64,000 nt of DNA from the IMG/VR virus record IMGVR_UViG_3300042691_048960, one strand, 5' to 3'. Source of the DNA: an uncultured virus (IMG/VR IMGVR_UViG_3300042691_048960) (Duplodnaviria; Heunggongvirae; Uroviricota; Caudoviricetes). How positions within the stretch are numbered: the first letter of the stretch is position 1; every line of letters starts with the position of its first letter. The notes under the pieces are model-generated. The model was not told where the DNA came from, searched no databases, and saw only the letters and a program-made list of their open reading frames with translations. Of the stretch, positions 46,684 through 55,730 are shown in pieces. Made by a program: the position numbers and the translations under genes.

Positions 46684-49416
46684 TTACTTCATCGCATGGT
46701 GCGCACGCTCCAGTGTCGCACGTTTATGTTCGCCCGTAACGGTGGGGCTTATCGGAGTATTCTGTATACGCTCTAGTAGCAAAGTTTCAAGTCCATCGCT
46801 AACTGTTGCGGTACTGGTGTGATGGTACGCTCCAACACGGCCAGGGAATTTTTCTTTTAACTTATTCGCCACATCATCCAATGCGGTTTTCCCATTCTCT
46901 ACTACAACGAAATCAACGCTGGTCATAGGGCAGTTCTCAAGCAACTTGCGCACGGTTTCAAAGGAAGCATTAGAATCAGAAATACCACCATCCGATAAGA
47001 CTATGATGTGGCTGTAGCCTGTTTTTGAATTAGCACCAGAGTGCTGCTTTTGCCCCTCAGCCAGCTGCCCCGTAATATGGCGAATGGATGGAGCAAGAGA
47101 GGTTCCCCAGCCCTGATTTTGCCTAATACCAGCAATACGTTTGCCAATTTCACGTTTATCATCACCGGGCTTCACCAACATAAGCGGTTCTGCATTCCCC
47201 CAAAGTCCCATGTAGAAATTAGCATGACGTTTGGCGGTTACATCACTTTTGCACGCTTCATTCAACACACAACCCGCGTGCATTCCCGACTTGATAGGTG
47301 GAAACGGCCAGCTTTGTCCATTTGAGCCGGAAGATTCGTGCATACTGCCTGAACCATCGACCAGCAAAACCACATCCATATTACTTGGAATGGGCGCGGA
47401 TTTGTCGCCCTCAAAACGTTGTGCATCGGCTTCTTCTACTGGCTGACCGCGCAAGATTCGTTTTACAAGCTGGGTATGCTTACCTCGGTCAAGCCGTCTC
47501 GTGTCGCCATCTACAGGCAATAGCGTGTGTTCTGGCGCAATCCTCGCTTCGTATTCCAACTGCCGCGCCCGCAATTGGTCAATCAACACCTGCCGCGAAC
47601 GGATTTCCGAAGCAAATGCTACCACCATGCCTTGGTAGTCACTCCAGTCACCCACCTTGGGCTTTGAAGCTACATTGGATGTGCCGATACCTTTGGCTGG
47701 TTTGAAGCCTTGCCCGCTTCCCGGTTTAGAAGAAGGTGAAGCGGGAGATGAGCCTTCGTCATCGCCACCTTCGCGCTCCCCGCGTTCGGTGCGTGCTTTT
47801 TCCAATTCTTCGATGGTCTGACCCGGATCTGTATTGTTCCCTTCGGCTGGTTTTCCTGCGCCGGGTTTTCCGCCTTCTTTGCTAGGGGTCGTCGGCGGGG
47901 CATCCACTCCTGGCATGTCGCCAACACCATCTACTTTGATTGGCTCTTCGCTGCCGCCAGAGGGCGCTCCATCACCTGCGCCACCACCACCGCCTTTACC
48001 TTCACCTTCTTTAGACTCGCCTTTGCCACCTTTTCCGCCTTGCTGGGGATTACCTTGCCCATCTCCTTCTTTACCTTCGCCTTTACCGTCACCTTTGCCT
48101 TCACCTTTTTCATTTCCTTGACCATCCTGCTTATCACCGCTTTGAGGCGGGGGATTTTGGCCATTGCCTTTTTGCTGCATTTGCTCGTCGAGTTTTTTGT
48201 CCTGTTGATCAAGCATCGGCTCTACGACATGAGCGAAGAAAGTGTCGTAAATTTCCTCAATGCGCTTATTGCGCTTACGTGAATACTCCAGTGTCGCCTC
48301 GGCCAGATACGCCGCTCCTCGCATCATATCGCTGGAATTAGGCTGGAGGTTCTCCACGCCATCTTTACCGCCGCAGAGTTCTTTTAAGACTTCAAGCGCC
48401 TCCATGCCCGACTTGCCGTCTTTTGTGGTAATCCAATCAGGATTTACACCCAGTGCGCGCCAACCATCCTCCGTGTCAGGAAAATAACCGTTATTGCGGA
48501 AGAAAGAATAACGGACGGCATTTTTAGTATTCTGAAAACGTGAGGCGGGTGTATCAGTCGGCGCTTCTCTATCGCCGATCAACCCATCCACCAATATCGC
48601 TTCAGATGAATTACGCGCAAGCACATGGTCTTTTCGGATGCGACGACCTTGATTCACCGTCCAGCGATCCACAAGATTATTTTCAGCTTCATCGGCAACC
48701 AAATAACGATAATGCCGTTCATTGGAAATCCGCCTTAAATGCTTGTACTCATCTTGGGTTAGGGATGTATCTTTACCCTTTTTCCTCAAGCCTTCTATTT
48801 GTTCATCCAGCGCGGCAATCTTCTCACCGAAGCCTTTGGTGAGCTGGCTATGACCTATCTCGTGAAAGGCAACAGCGCGGGCGATATCGAAACCAACACC
48901 CATGCCCAGAATAAGATCAAGGTTGATGTGGTTATCCGTGGGGCTGTAATAGAAGCTGCTACCAAGCTCGCCCCATTTAACCCGTGCATCTTTGTTTAAG
49001 CCCGTGGTAGCCACATAGAACGCCAGCCGTTCCTTTTCGGTTTGTGCTGCACCATCGGGAGAAGCAAACTGCTTCCATAGTTTCGAGCTGTAAAAATTCT
49101 CACCTTCTTTTTGTGCCAGATAAGCAAGATTGATTGCCCAGAGCAGCGATGCTTCAGGCGAATTCACATGAGGGGTGTGTGGCGCAACACCCGCTACAAC
49201 TGCCGCCTCTGCGTTTCTTTTTTCATAGGCATAATTATTGAACGCATCACTAGGCACAACGGCTTCAAGCTCACGCATGAGCTTATCTCGCACAGCTTCA
49301 TCAATCTTACCTTTTACCGCCTGAGTTACGAACTCCTGCTGAACAGCGGCAATCGGCACTGCTTTGGTATGTTCTCGTTCATGCTCTTTTCTGAATTCTG
49401 TCATTATAACGGCCAT
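46684..49416 (-). CDS. vWA-domain protein with N-terminal HExxH (peptidase-like) region and Gly-rich linker
   Basis: AFHEIGH motif; G/K/E low-complexity linker; MIDAS LLVDGSGSM, GTS, IVLSDG. Alternative start at 49404 (TAATG overlap with target 2). Confidence 0.85.
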   Translation of the reverse strand: MAVIMTEFRKEHEREHTKAVPIAAVQQEFVTQAVKGKIDEAVRDKLMRELEAVVPSDAFNNYAYEKRNAEAAVVAGVAPHTPHVNSPEASLLWAINLAYLAQKEGENFYSSKLWKQFASPDGAAQTEKERLAFYVATTGLNKDARVKWGELGSSFYYSPTDNHINLDLILGMGVGFDIARAVAFHEIGHSQLTKGFGEKIAALDEQIEGLRKKGKDTSLTQDEYKHLRRISNERHYRYLVADEAENNLVDRWTVNQGRRIRKDHVLARNSSEAILVDGLIGDREAPTDTPASRFQNTKNAVRYSFFRNNGYFPDTEDGWRALGVNPDWITTKDGKSGMEALEVLKELCGGKDGVENLQPNSSDMMRGAAYLAEATLEYSRKRNKRIEEIYDTFFAHVVEPMLDQQDKKLDEQMQQKGNGQNPPPQSGDKQDGQGNEKGEGKGDGKGEGKEGDGQGNPQQGGKGGKGESKEGEGKGGGGGAGDGAPSGGSEEPIKVDGVGDMPGVDAPPTTPSKEGGKPGAGKPAEGNNTDPGQTIEELEKARTERGEREGGDDEGSSPASPSSKPGSGQGFKPAKGIGTSNVASKPKVGDWSDYQGMVVAFASEIRSRQVLIDQLRARQLEYEARIAPEHTLLPVDGDTRRLDRGKHTQLVKRILRGQPVEEADAQRFEGDKSAPIPSNMDVVLLVDGSGSMHESSGSNGQSWPFPPIKSGMHAGCVLNEACKSDVTAKRHANFYMGLWGNAEPLMLVKPGDDKREIGKRIAGIRQNQGWGTSLAPSIRHITGQLAEGQKQHSGANSKTGYSHIIVLSDGGISDSNASFETVRKLLENCPMTSVDFVVVENGKTALDDVANKLKEKFPGRVGAYHHTSTATVSDGLETLLLERIQNTPISPTVTGEHKRATLERAHHAMK

Positions 49417-50321
49417 GAGGGAGCATTAGCGGCCTCTTGGCGTTGTGCTTCCCTCCCTGATAGGACTGCGGCTGTATTAGGGCCAATAGCGGCAGGGACA
49501 CTGACATTACGCCCCGCTTCCATCTCCTTTGCAAAATGATTCTGGAGGTACTTTTTCATGTCCGTGTTCTCAAACTTACCATCGTAGCGTTTGTTCCTGT
49601 CGAACTGCACGCCTGCAAACAGTGCCTGCCGTGCTACACATATGCCGCTGGGATCTCTTAGCCACTCGATGGGCTGTACTTCTACCCAGTAGACTTCACC
49701 CGTTTGTGGTGTCTTACCGTTAGAGAGCACGGAATGATCGTTGTCGTAGTCGTAGGGCTTCGCCTCCACACGAATATACTTCTTACCCTTATGCTGGTAT
49801 TCAGCATGCTCCTTCGCGTTGAACGGCTTGTCGTAAGCGTCGCGTTTCTCACTATCAAAATTGTATGTTTTGCCTGTTTTCTGCAATTGATTCCTTGAGA
49901 ACGCCTGTTCCAACTCCCTAGTTATATTTTCCTCTGCTATCGTCTGCGGATATTCACCATATTCGACGACATCTACCCCAGAAATTTTTTGCGAAGGCTT
50001 CGCTTCGCTCAGCCTGATTGAAGATGCAACCGATGATGGCAAAGCGGGGCGCGCACCAAGATTCCGCTTGTCCGGATTGCTACAGTCCCGGTCACCGCTG
50101 TTATAGACGGCGCGGACATCTCCATTCGCGTCGGAAGAGGCCGACCAAACATATGCACTGCGTTGACCGTCGCTAGTTGTTGTATTGCTGCTCGACACAG
50201 CACCACCGAGTAGAACAGCCAAATCACTCATGCCGACCTTCGTGCCATAGCTCTTAATCGCCTGAAGCGCTTTATCGCCCCAGATCTGCTCCTCCTTTAA
50301 TAATGTTATATCCATGCTCAT
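49404..50321 (-). CDS. DGR target protein 2 (variable repeat in N-terminal third)
   Basis: Contains VR2; lies inside the AAA-vWA operon. Confidence 0.92.
   Translation of the reverse strand: MSMDITLLKEEQIWGDKALQAIKSYGTKVGMSDLAVLLGGAVSSSNTTTSDGQRSAYVWSASSDANGDVRAVYNSGDRDCSNPDKRNLGARPALPSSVASSIRLSEAKPSQKISGVDVVEYGEYPQTIAEENITRELEQAFSRNQLQKTGKTYNFDSEKRDAYDKPFNAKEHAEYQHKGKKYIRVEAKPYDYDNDHSVLSNGKTPQTGEVYWVEVQPIEWLRDPSGICVARQALFAGVQFDRNKRYDGKFENTDMKKYLQNHFAKEMEAGRNVSVPAAIGPNTAAVLSGREAQRQEAANAPSWPL
50039..50151 (-). repeat. DGR variable repeat VR2
   Basis: 113-bp ungapped match to TR with 12 differences, all at TR adenines. Confidence 0.95.
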
Positions 50322-50324
50322 CTT

Positions 50325-50639
50325 CTATTGCCCCTGCGTTTCCCACAGAATGCGCTTTTTAAGCGGATTCCGCTGCAATATGCTGCGTGTAATAGCCTGA
50401 GTGACATCCGCGCTGGCAGGGATGTAAATAAACTCACATTCAGGGCTTGTAATGGCCTCTTCCAGTGCGCGGGCATCCGTTGTCACAGTCACCTTGGGAT
50501 GATTCTGTAATTCGGCCTTCTGCCATGCTTCACTAACGCTATAAATTGCCGAGCCTGACACTTCATCAATCAGATTGTCCAGCGCATGCTGCAAAGCCAA
50601 TTGCGGAATGTTCTCTATAATTTGCTGTTCTGGAATCAT
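50325..50639 (-). CDS. Small hypothetical protein (104 aa) between AAA ATPase and target 2
   Basis: ATG 1 nt after the AAA stop; stop 3 nt before the target 2 start. Confidence 0.65.
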   Translation of the reverse strand: MIPEQQIIENIPQLALQHALDNLIDEVSGSAIYSVSEAWQKAELQNHPKVTVTTDARALEEAITSPECEFIYIPASADVTQAITRSILQRNPLKKRILWETQGQ

Positions 50640-50640
50640 A

Positions 50641-53136
50641 TTACACACTCCTGCTTGCAGTATGGCTTCCATCCAGCATCGTCGGTGAGAAAGGCCTGAT
50701 TCCCTGATCTGTGAGCAGCTTTTCCAAGCTGGCGCTGGCTTTTTCATTTGGCACAAAATTTCGATCTTCAAATGCAACACGCAAATCATCCGTAAAGCCT
50801 GCGGTATTCGCCCCCAACCATGCCTTCACTTGGCTTGCGGCATCCCTATCTTTGGCGTTCACAACAGTAACACTGCTATCGCGCCCCATTTCCACTGTCG
50901 GCTTAGTAAATGCAATCACCAGACTTTTACCTGTCTGTTTATTATGCACCACATGAAGCCTAGCGTAAGCATCCGCTCCCTTGTCAGAACCCTTGGCTAT
51001 CGTAGTGGTAATAACACATGGCACATTGCCAGAATAGGATGCAGCGGGATTGGAGTTGGCACCATCAGGGGTTTTGGAAATAGCCTGCAATAGCTCCTTG
51101 CCCACATAGGGAAGCGCAAGGGTAGTGATAGCCTTATCCTGATCCACCAGTTTTGCTGGTGGATGCTGTGCGATAAATTCAGCGACATTCGCCCCGCCAG
51201 GCTTGGTTTTATCTTCCGTGCGCGATGCAACAGTGACGACATCTGTGAACGCCCCAGCTGTGATATTATCTGGGTTATCTGTAATGACATGCGCCCCGAC
51301 TTTTTCTTCGCCCAAGAATTTCGGTGGCACATCCTGCAAGCCCTTAAGGAATACTTCTACTTGCTGTATAGTCACTCCATCAAAATCAGGATATTTCGCT
51401 TTCAGATAGCCATTAATCACCGCCTGCGCCTGACGCACTTCATCGGTCGTTGCCTCAACCGCAGTGGATTTGATATTTAATCTATCCAGCACCGAGTTTG
51501 GGCCGATAACACCGGCTTCCTCCCACACTTTCCGCAGCTGTGCGTAAAGTTTGGGGCGCTTGGCACCATCAGGCGTTACACCAGCAATATCATCGATCCA
51601 ATGTTCCACTACCGACTTTAGCCTATCTCCCATCTTAGCCTCAGCGGGCTCTTTGGAAGGCGTGATATTAGGCATATCCCAATTACTGAAATCCGCGCTT
51701 TTGGTTTCTGTGGCTGGGACACTCTCCGGCATGCGCTGTATTGCCTGCCGCAGAGAGCGCAGCGCGGTACGCGGCGTTAGTTTCTGGGCTTTGTCCCCGG
51801 GCTTATCGACCTCGAATCGAATGCCCGACATATCCGCTTGCTGCAATACCGACGATTCAGGATCGAGCAATGCAGCTGATTCATGATAGGCGCGTCCCAG
51901 TGCTTGAGATACTGCAATTACATCTTGCCAGTGATCGAGCAGCTTTGTTTGCAAACGCGGCACTGCCGTTTCATTCGCATGGCGGATACTTTCAAGATTA
52001 CGACGGAATTTATTAGGGTCTGCAACAATCCACTGCGCATCATCCTGATTTGCGCCATGCTGCATGTGACCTTTTTCAAGTCGTGATAGCGTCGTTATGG
52101 GAACGCCAGTCAGTACCTGAGAAATACGATGAGCCCAATCTTCCTCTGTGAAAGCGGGAATCTCTTTTTTAACGAGGCGGCTTTCCAACGAGTCCGAAAT
52201 CGGATGAACATCCGCGCCGTCTTTTGGTTTGTTCGATGTCATGATGACTTTGGGAATATCGCCATGACGCAGCGTAAATTCACCCAAGTTGCCGAGCGGA
52301 ATCGTCAGCTGGCTGATTTCACCATTAACCACCTGCCACACCTGCTGCAACGCTGCTTCTGAGCCAACCTTGCGACGGGAGAATTCATCAATCACAAGGG
52401 GGCGGTGCTCTTTTGCCGCACGGATCAGTGCGCCATCCACGTCCTTAAAACCAATACGCAATCCACCGTTCCATTCCTGATACTTCTGAACAGAACTCAG
52501 CACATCATCGATTTGTTTGCGTGTAATGTCGGAGCTTTCCAAGCCTTTCCAGTCAAACACTGGATTTCTGCCTTTCTCTTCAGATAAGAGAGAATGAAAT
52601 TCAGGCTTTTCCTCTGTGCCTTTATTTACTTTCAATTCACGCAGTGCCTTGAGCGACGGAGCAGTAAGCGTGCCATCGCGGAGCGCGCTATTGATGCGGT
52701 CAATCAAATCGCTATTGGCATTGGAATCAAATACTGTTTCAAACAGGAGCGATTCCATGTTTTTGCCGCCCGCATCGTAAATCACCGCACCTTCTGGGTG
52801 CATGGCATTCCCGATCAGGTTGGCAAGGTATGATTTACCGTAGGCGGGATCGGATTCCAGATACACAAGCGGATTGTGTAGAATAGCTTCAAAAGCATCG
52901 AGCATGCCCGGCACGGGCATATTGCGCATCAGTTCGGGCAAAACATGCTTATATTCTCTTGCAGAATGTAGCCACAGCGGATCGGTATCGCTCTGAATTA
53001 CCCCCATGCCGAACGTGCGGACGCCATTATCTTCCCCGCGCTGGCGTGTTGGCCAAGGGCGCTGGCGCGTACCAATCGGTAGCGGCTTGTATCCCGCATC
53101 GGTTTCACGCTGTCGTGCAGTAGGTAGCTCCGCCAT
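50641..53136 (-). CDS. MoxR/AAA_5-like AAA+ ATPase with long C-terminal extension
   Basis: Variant Walker A SDPAYGKS, G.LIRA, Walker B LVIDEF, sensor MTSN, arginine finger SLESRL. Confidence 0.78.
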   Translation of the reverse strand: MAELPTARQRETDAGYKPLPIGTRQRPWPTRQRGEDNGVRTFGMGVIQSDTDPLWLHSAREYKHVLPELMRNMPVPGMLDAFEAILHNPLVYLESDPAYGKSYLANLIGNAMHPEGAVIYDAGGKNMESLLFETVFDSNANSDLIDRINSALRDGTLTAPSLKALRELKVNKGTEEKPEFHSLLSEEKGRNPVFDWKGLESSDITRKQIDDVLSSVQKYQEWNGGLRIGFKDVDGALIRAAKEHRPLVIDEFSRRKVGSEAALQQVWQVVNGEISQLTIPLGNLGEFTLRHGDIPKVIMTSNKPKDGADVHPISDSLESRLVKKEIPAFTEEDWAHRISQVLTGVPITTLSRLEKGHMQHGANQDDAQWIVADPNKFRRNLESIRHANETAVPRLQTKLLDHWQDVIAVSQALGRAYHESAALLDPESSVLQQADMSGIRFEVDKPGDKAQKLTPRTALRSLRQAIQRMPESVPATETKSADFSNWDMPNITPSKEPAEAKMGDRLKSVVEHWIDDIAGVTPDGAKRPKLYAQLRKVWEEAGVIGPNSVLDRLNIKSTAVEATTDEVRQAQAVINGYLKAKYPDFDGVTIQQVEVFLKGLQDVPPKFLGEEKVGAHVITDNPDNITAGAFTDVVTVASRTEDKTKPGGANVAEFIAQHPPAKLVDQDKAITTLALPYVGKELLQAISKTPDGANSNPAASYSGNVPCVITTTIAKGSDKGADAYARLHVVHNKQTGKSLVIAFTKPTVEMGRDSSVTVVNAKDRDAASQVKAWLGANTAGFTDDLRVAFEDRNFVPNEKASASLEKLLTDQGIRPFSPTMLDGSHTASRSV

Positions 53137-53315
53137 GTTGCCCTGCTATTCTTAGATTAAAGTTTATTCTGCTTAAAGTCGTCCAGCCTGCATAATATCA
53201 TGAAATTATTACAATTTCATTACAATGGCGCATTATTTCATTAATTTTGTTAACTTTCCATGATTATATATATTTCAATAGGATATGGTGTGCTATGTGA
53301 CAAAATCTGCGGGTT

Positions 53316-53585
53316 CTAGAGTTTGAATTTCTCTGGAACTTTATCACCAAATAATAACCACATGGGGTGCTTGTCGAGCACTTCGCAGAGGGCGATAACT
53401 TCAAAGTCTTTTACGAAGCGTTTGCCATTTTCTAAATCAGATACGCCTGTAGAACTGATTTCAATATCGCAGTCCATATTAAGCGCGGTCGCTAAATCAA
53501 GCTGAGTCATGTCTTTCTCGACGCGCGCAAGTTTCACTCGCTTACCACATTTGTTAGTTGCCTTTATAACACGTTGTTTAGCCAT
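53316..53585 (-). CDS. XRE-family HTH regulator
   Basis: G.RVK.AR....MTQ.DLA...VS.LENGKR.V.DFE...L. Confidence 0.85.
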   Translation of the reverse strand: MAKQRVIKATNKCGKRVKLARVEKDMTQLDLATALNMDCDIEISSTGVSDLENGKRFVKDFEVIALCEVLDKHPMWLLFGDKVPEKFKL

Positions 53586-53716
53586 TCTGCCCCCATAAAG
53601 TTGGTTGAAGGGCAGTAGGTTATCTGGTTAATAAACTTGATGTTTCGCGGATTGCGAAATATAATACCATAATGCGAATTTATGAGTAAAAAACACAAAA
53701 TATTACCCAATCCGCT

Positions 53717-54091
53717 ATGATCTCAAAACCACCCCATTCTTTGGACATTATGATCGGTCAACAGCTTCGGCTTCGTCGTAAAATGATGGGTATGAGCCAA
53801 GCTGAGGTTGCCAAGCGATGCGGCATCACATTCCAACAAATTCAAAAATATGAAAACGGTGCAAGCAGCCTTAGTGCACGCCGTCTATACGAATTGTCGC
53901 AGGTGCTAAAGGTGTCTCCGCTCTATTTTTATGCGCCACTTCAAGAAGAAACGTTGCCAGCTGTAGACGCGCTCACGACACAGGCAATTCATCTGGTGCA
54001 GGACTACAGTTCCATCCCCTCTGCGAAGGTGCGTAACGGCATCGCCGCCTTCGTGCGTGAAGTCGCTAAGGAGTCAGGCCGTGGGATATAA
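53717..54091 (+). CDS. XRE-family HTH regulator
   Basis: IG..LRLRR...GMSQ..VA...GITFQQIQKYE.G. Confidence 0.9.
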   Translation: MISKPPHSLDIMIGQQLRLRRKMMGMSQAEVAKRCGITFQQIQKYENGASSLSARRLYELSQVLKVSPLYFYAPLQEETLPAVDALTTQAIHLVQDYSSIPSAKVRNGIAAFVREVAKESGRGI

Positions 54092-54296
54092 ACCTTATGG
54101 TGATGAGCCTGTTCGCTCACGTGTTGCGGAATTTTGTGAATGGTTTTTCGCGGTATTTATGACTTTCTCTAGCTGCGTCGGCGGTTGGTTGGTACATTTC
54201 GGAATGAGTGCTGTTTGGATGCTCATAATAACATTTGTTGTAGCGATAAGTTCCGCATATCTGCTATCCCTTACTCATTCAAACTCAGATAATTAG
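54057..54296 (+). CDS. Small two-TM membrane protein
   Basis: Two hydrophobic segments; start uncertain. Confidence 0.4.
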   Translation: MKSLRSQAVGYKPYGDEPVRSRVAEFCEWFFAVFMTFSSCVGGWLVHFGMSAVWMLIITFVVAISSAYLLSLTHSNSDN

Positions 54297-54308
54297 CAAG
54301 GATGACAG

Positions 54309-55730
54309 TTGGTTAGTATTGCAGCAAGTGATTCAACGTCATGGCTACATTGCCACGGGCGGGTATGGCTGGATAAAAATCCGCCAGCTGGAGCCGCGAC
54401 TGTTACGCCAAGCGAATTTGATCAGCTCATCATCACAATGGGGTTACGACACGAATGGGATATCAAGCGCGAACTGGCGCGACAGTATCAGCTTGTCGAA
54501 GCCGTTTCCGAAGAGCACACTCGCGCGCTTATGGAAGCCGGGGCGCAGATCATCTACCAAGGGCAGCTATCCGAAGGCGACATTATCGGCAAACCCGATT
54601 TTCTTATCCGCCATGAATCCGGCCAGTATCAGGCTGCCGATGCGAAGCTGGCGCGAAGCGAGGAAAAAAAGGAAATCCAAATCCAGCTTGGCATTTACCG
54701 TAAGCTGCTGGGCAACGGCCTCAACGCGATAGTGTTCCTCGGCAATGGAAGTGTAACCGAAATTGGCGATGAAGCCGACATTGACGTTGAAAAATTCACA
54801 CTCAGTATGCGGGAATTGCTTGCACAAAAAACCATGCCGCAGGTTCGCTACAGCGAAAGCAAATGCCGAGCCTGCAACTATTACGACCACTGCAAAGCCT
54901 CGTTCATAGCCAAAGGCGAATTGACGTTGCTTTATGGCATTGATTCACGCGCTGCGCCTGAATTGGAAAAACAGGGAATCGATACGATTAGGAAACTGGC
55001 CGAAGCCGACCCCGCCAAAATTGAAGACGTGCCATACCTAAAAGGCTATGAGAAGCGTTACAGAGCCGTTTTACAAGCCAAGTCTTACTTCGATGACAGT
55101 ATCCACCAGTTGAAGCCTATAACACTTCCTAATGGCACGTGGATTCATTTTGACGTTGAGGCAAACCCGCTGGCAGAATCCGGTGATGATAACGTTTACC
55201 TTTGGGGGCTTTTGAAGCCACCCTATAACGGTCAAGCATTCGATTACATCTGGGCGGATTCGGAAAAACAAGACCGTGAAGGCTGGGAAGCGTTCTTGAC
55301 GAAAATCGCTGAATACCGCGCACAATATCCTGACCTGGTTCTGGCACATTTCTCTGGTTACGAGGTGCAGAAAATCAGAGCCTATGCGGAACGCTACAGT
55401 ATGCAGGCGCATCCGATCGTCGAATGGTTGCTTGGCGATAACACGCCGCTCTTTGACCTGCTGGAGACGGTTAGGGATTGCCTCGTATTGCCGGTGGCGA
55501 GCTACGGCCTGAAATATATCTGCAAACATCCGAAGCTGGTAAATTTCCAATGGGATGATACGGATTCAGGTTCGCAGTGGTCAGTCGTGCAATATGTGAA
55601 TTACCTTGGCGAACTGCGCCCTGATGACCGCGAACGGCTTAAGCGCAATATCCTGACCTACAATTTTGATGACGTGGTGGGTACGCGCAAGCTAGAGGAA
55701 TGGCTGCGCGCGTTGCCGCCTATGCAATAG
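54309..55730 (+). CDS. TM0106-family RecB-like nuclease with RNase H-like C-terminus
   Basis: GKPDFL...DAKLA...Q...Y, C..C.Y...C, FDVE, SYGLK, YNFDDV..T. Confidence 0.85.
   Translation: MVSIAASDSTSWLHCHGRVWLDKNPPAGAATVTPSEFDQLIITMGLRHEWDIKRELARQYQLVEAVSEEHTRALMEAGAQIIYQGQLSEGDIIGKPDFLIRHESGQYQAADAKLARSEEKKEIQIQLGIYRKLLGNGLNAIVFLGNGSVTEIGDEADIDVEKFTLSMRELLAQKTMPQVRYSESKCRACNYYDHCKASFIAKGELTLLYGIDSRAAPELEKQGIDTIRKLAEADPAKIEDVPYLKGYEKRYRAVLQAKSYFDDSIHQLKPITLPNGTWIHFDVEANPLAESGDDNVYLWGLLKPPYNGQAFDYIWADSEKQDREGWEAFLTKIAEYRAQYPDLVLAHFSGYEVQKIRAYAERYSMQAHPIVEWLLGDNTPLFDLLETVRDCLVLPVASYGLKYICKHPKLVNFQWDDTDSGSQWSVVQYVNYLGELRPDDRERLKRNILTYNFDDVVGTRKLEEWLRALPPMQ

Noticed and set aside
47700..48200. Repetitive purine-rich stretch as a DNA repeat element or separate ORFs
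   Set aside because: It encodes the Gly/Lys/Glu linker of the vWA protein; overlapping ORFs are shadows.
53190..53260. CtrA box upstream of the AAA operon
   Set aside because: TTAA spacing does not fit TTAA-N7-TTAA; the ATGAAATT/AATTTCAT inverted repeat and TTACAAT direct repeat may be regulatory but cannot be assigned.
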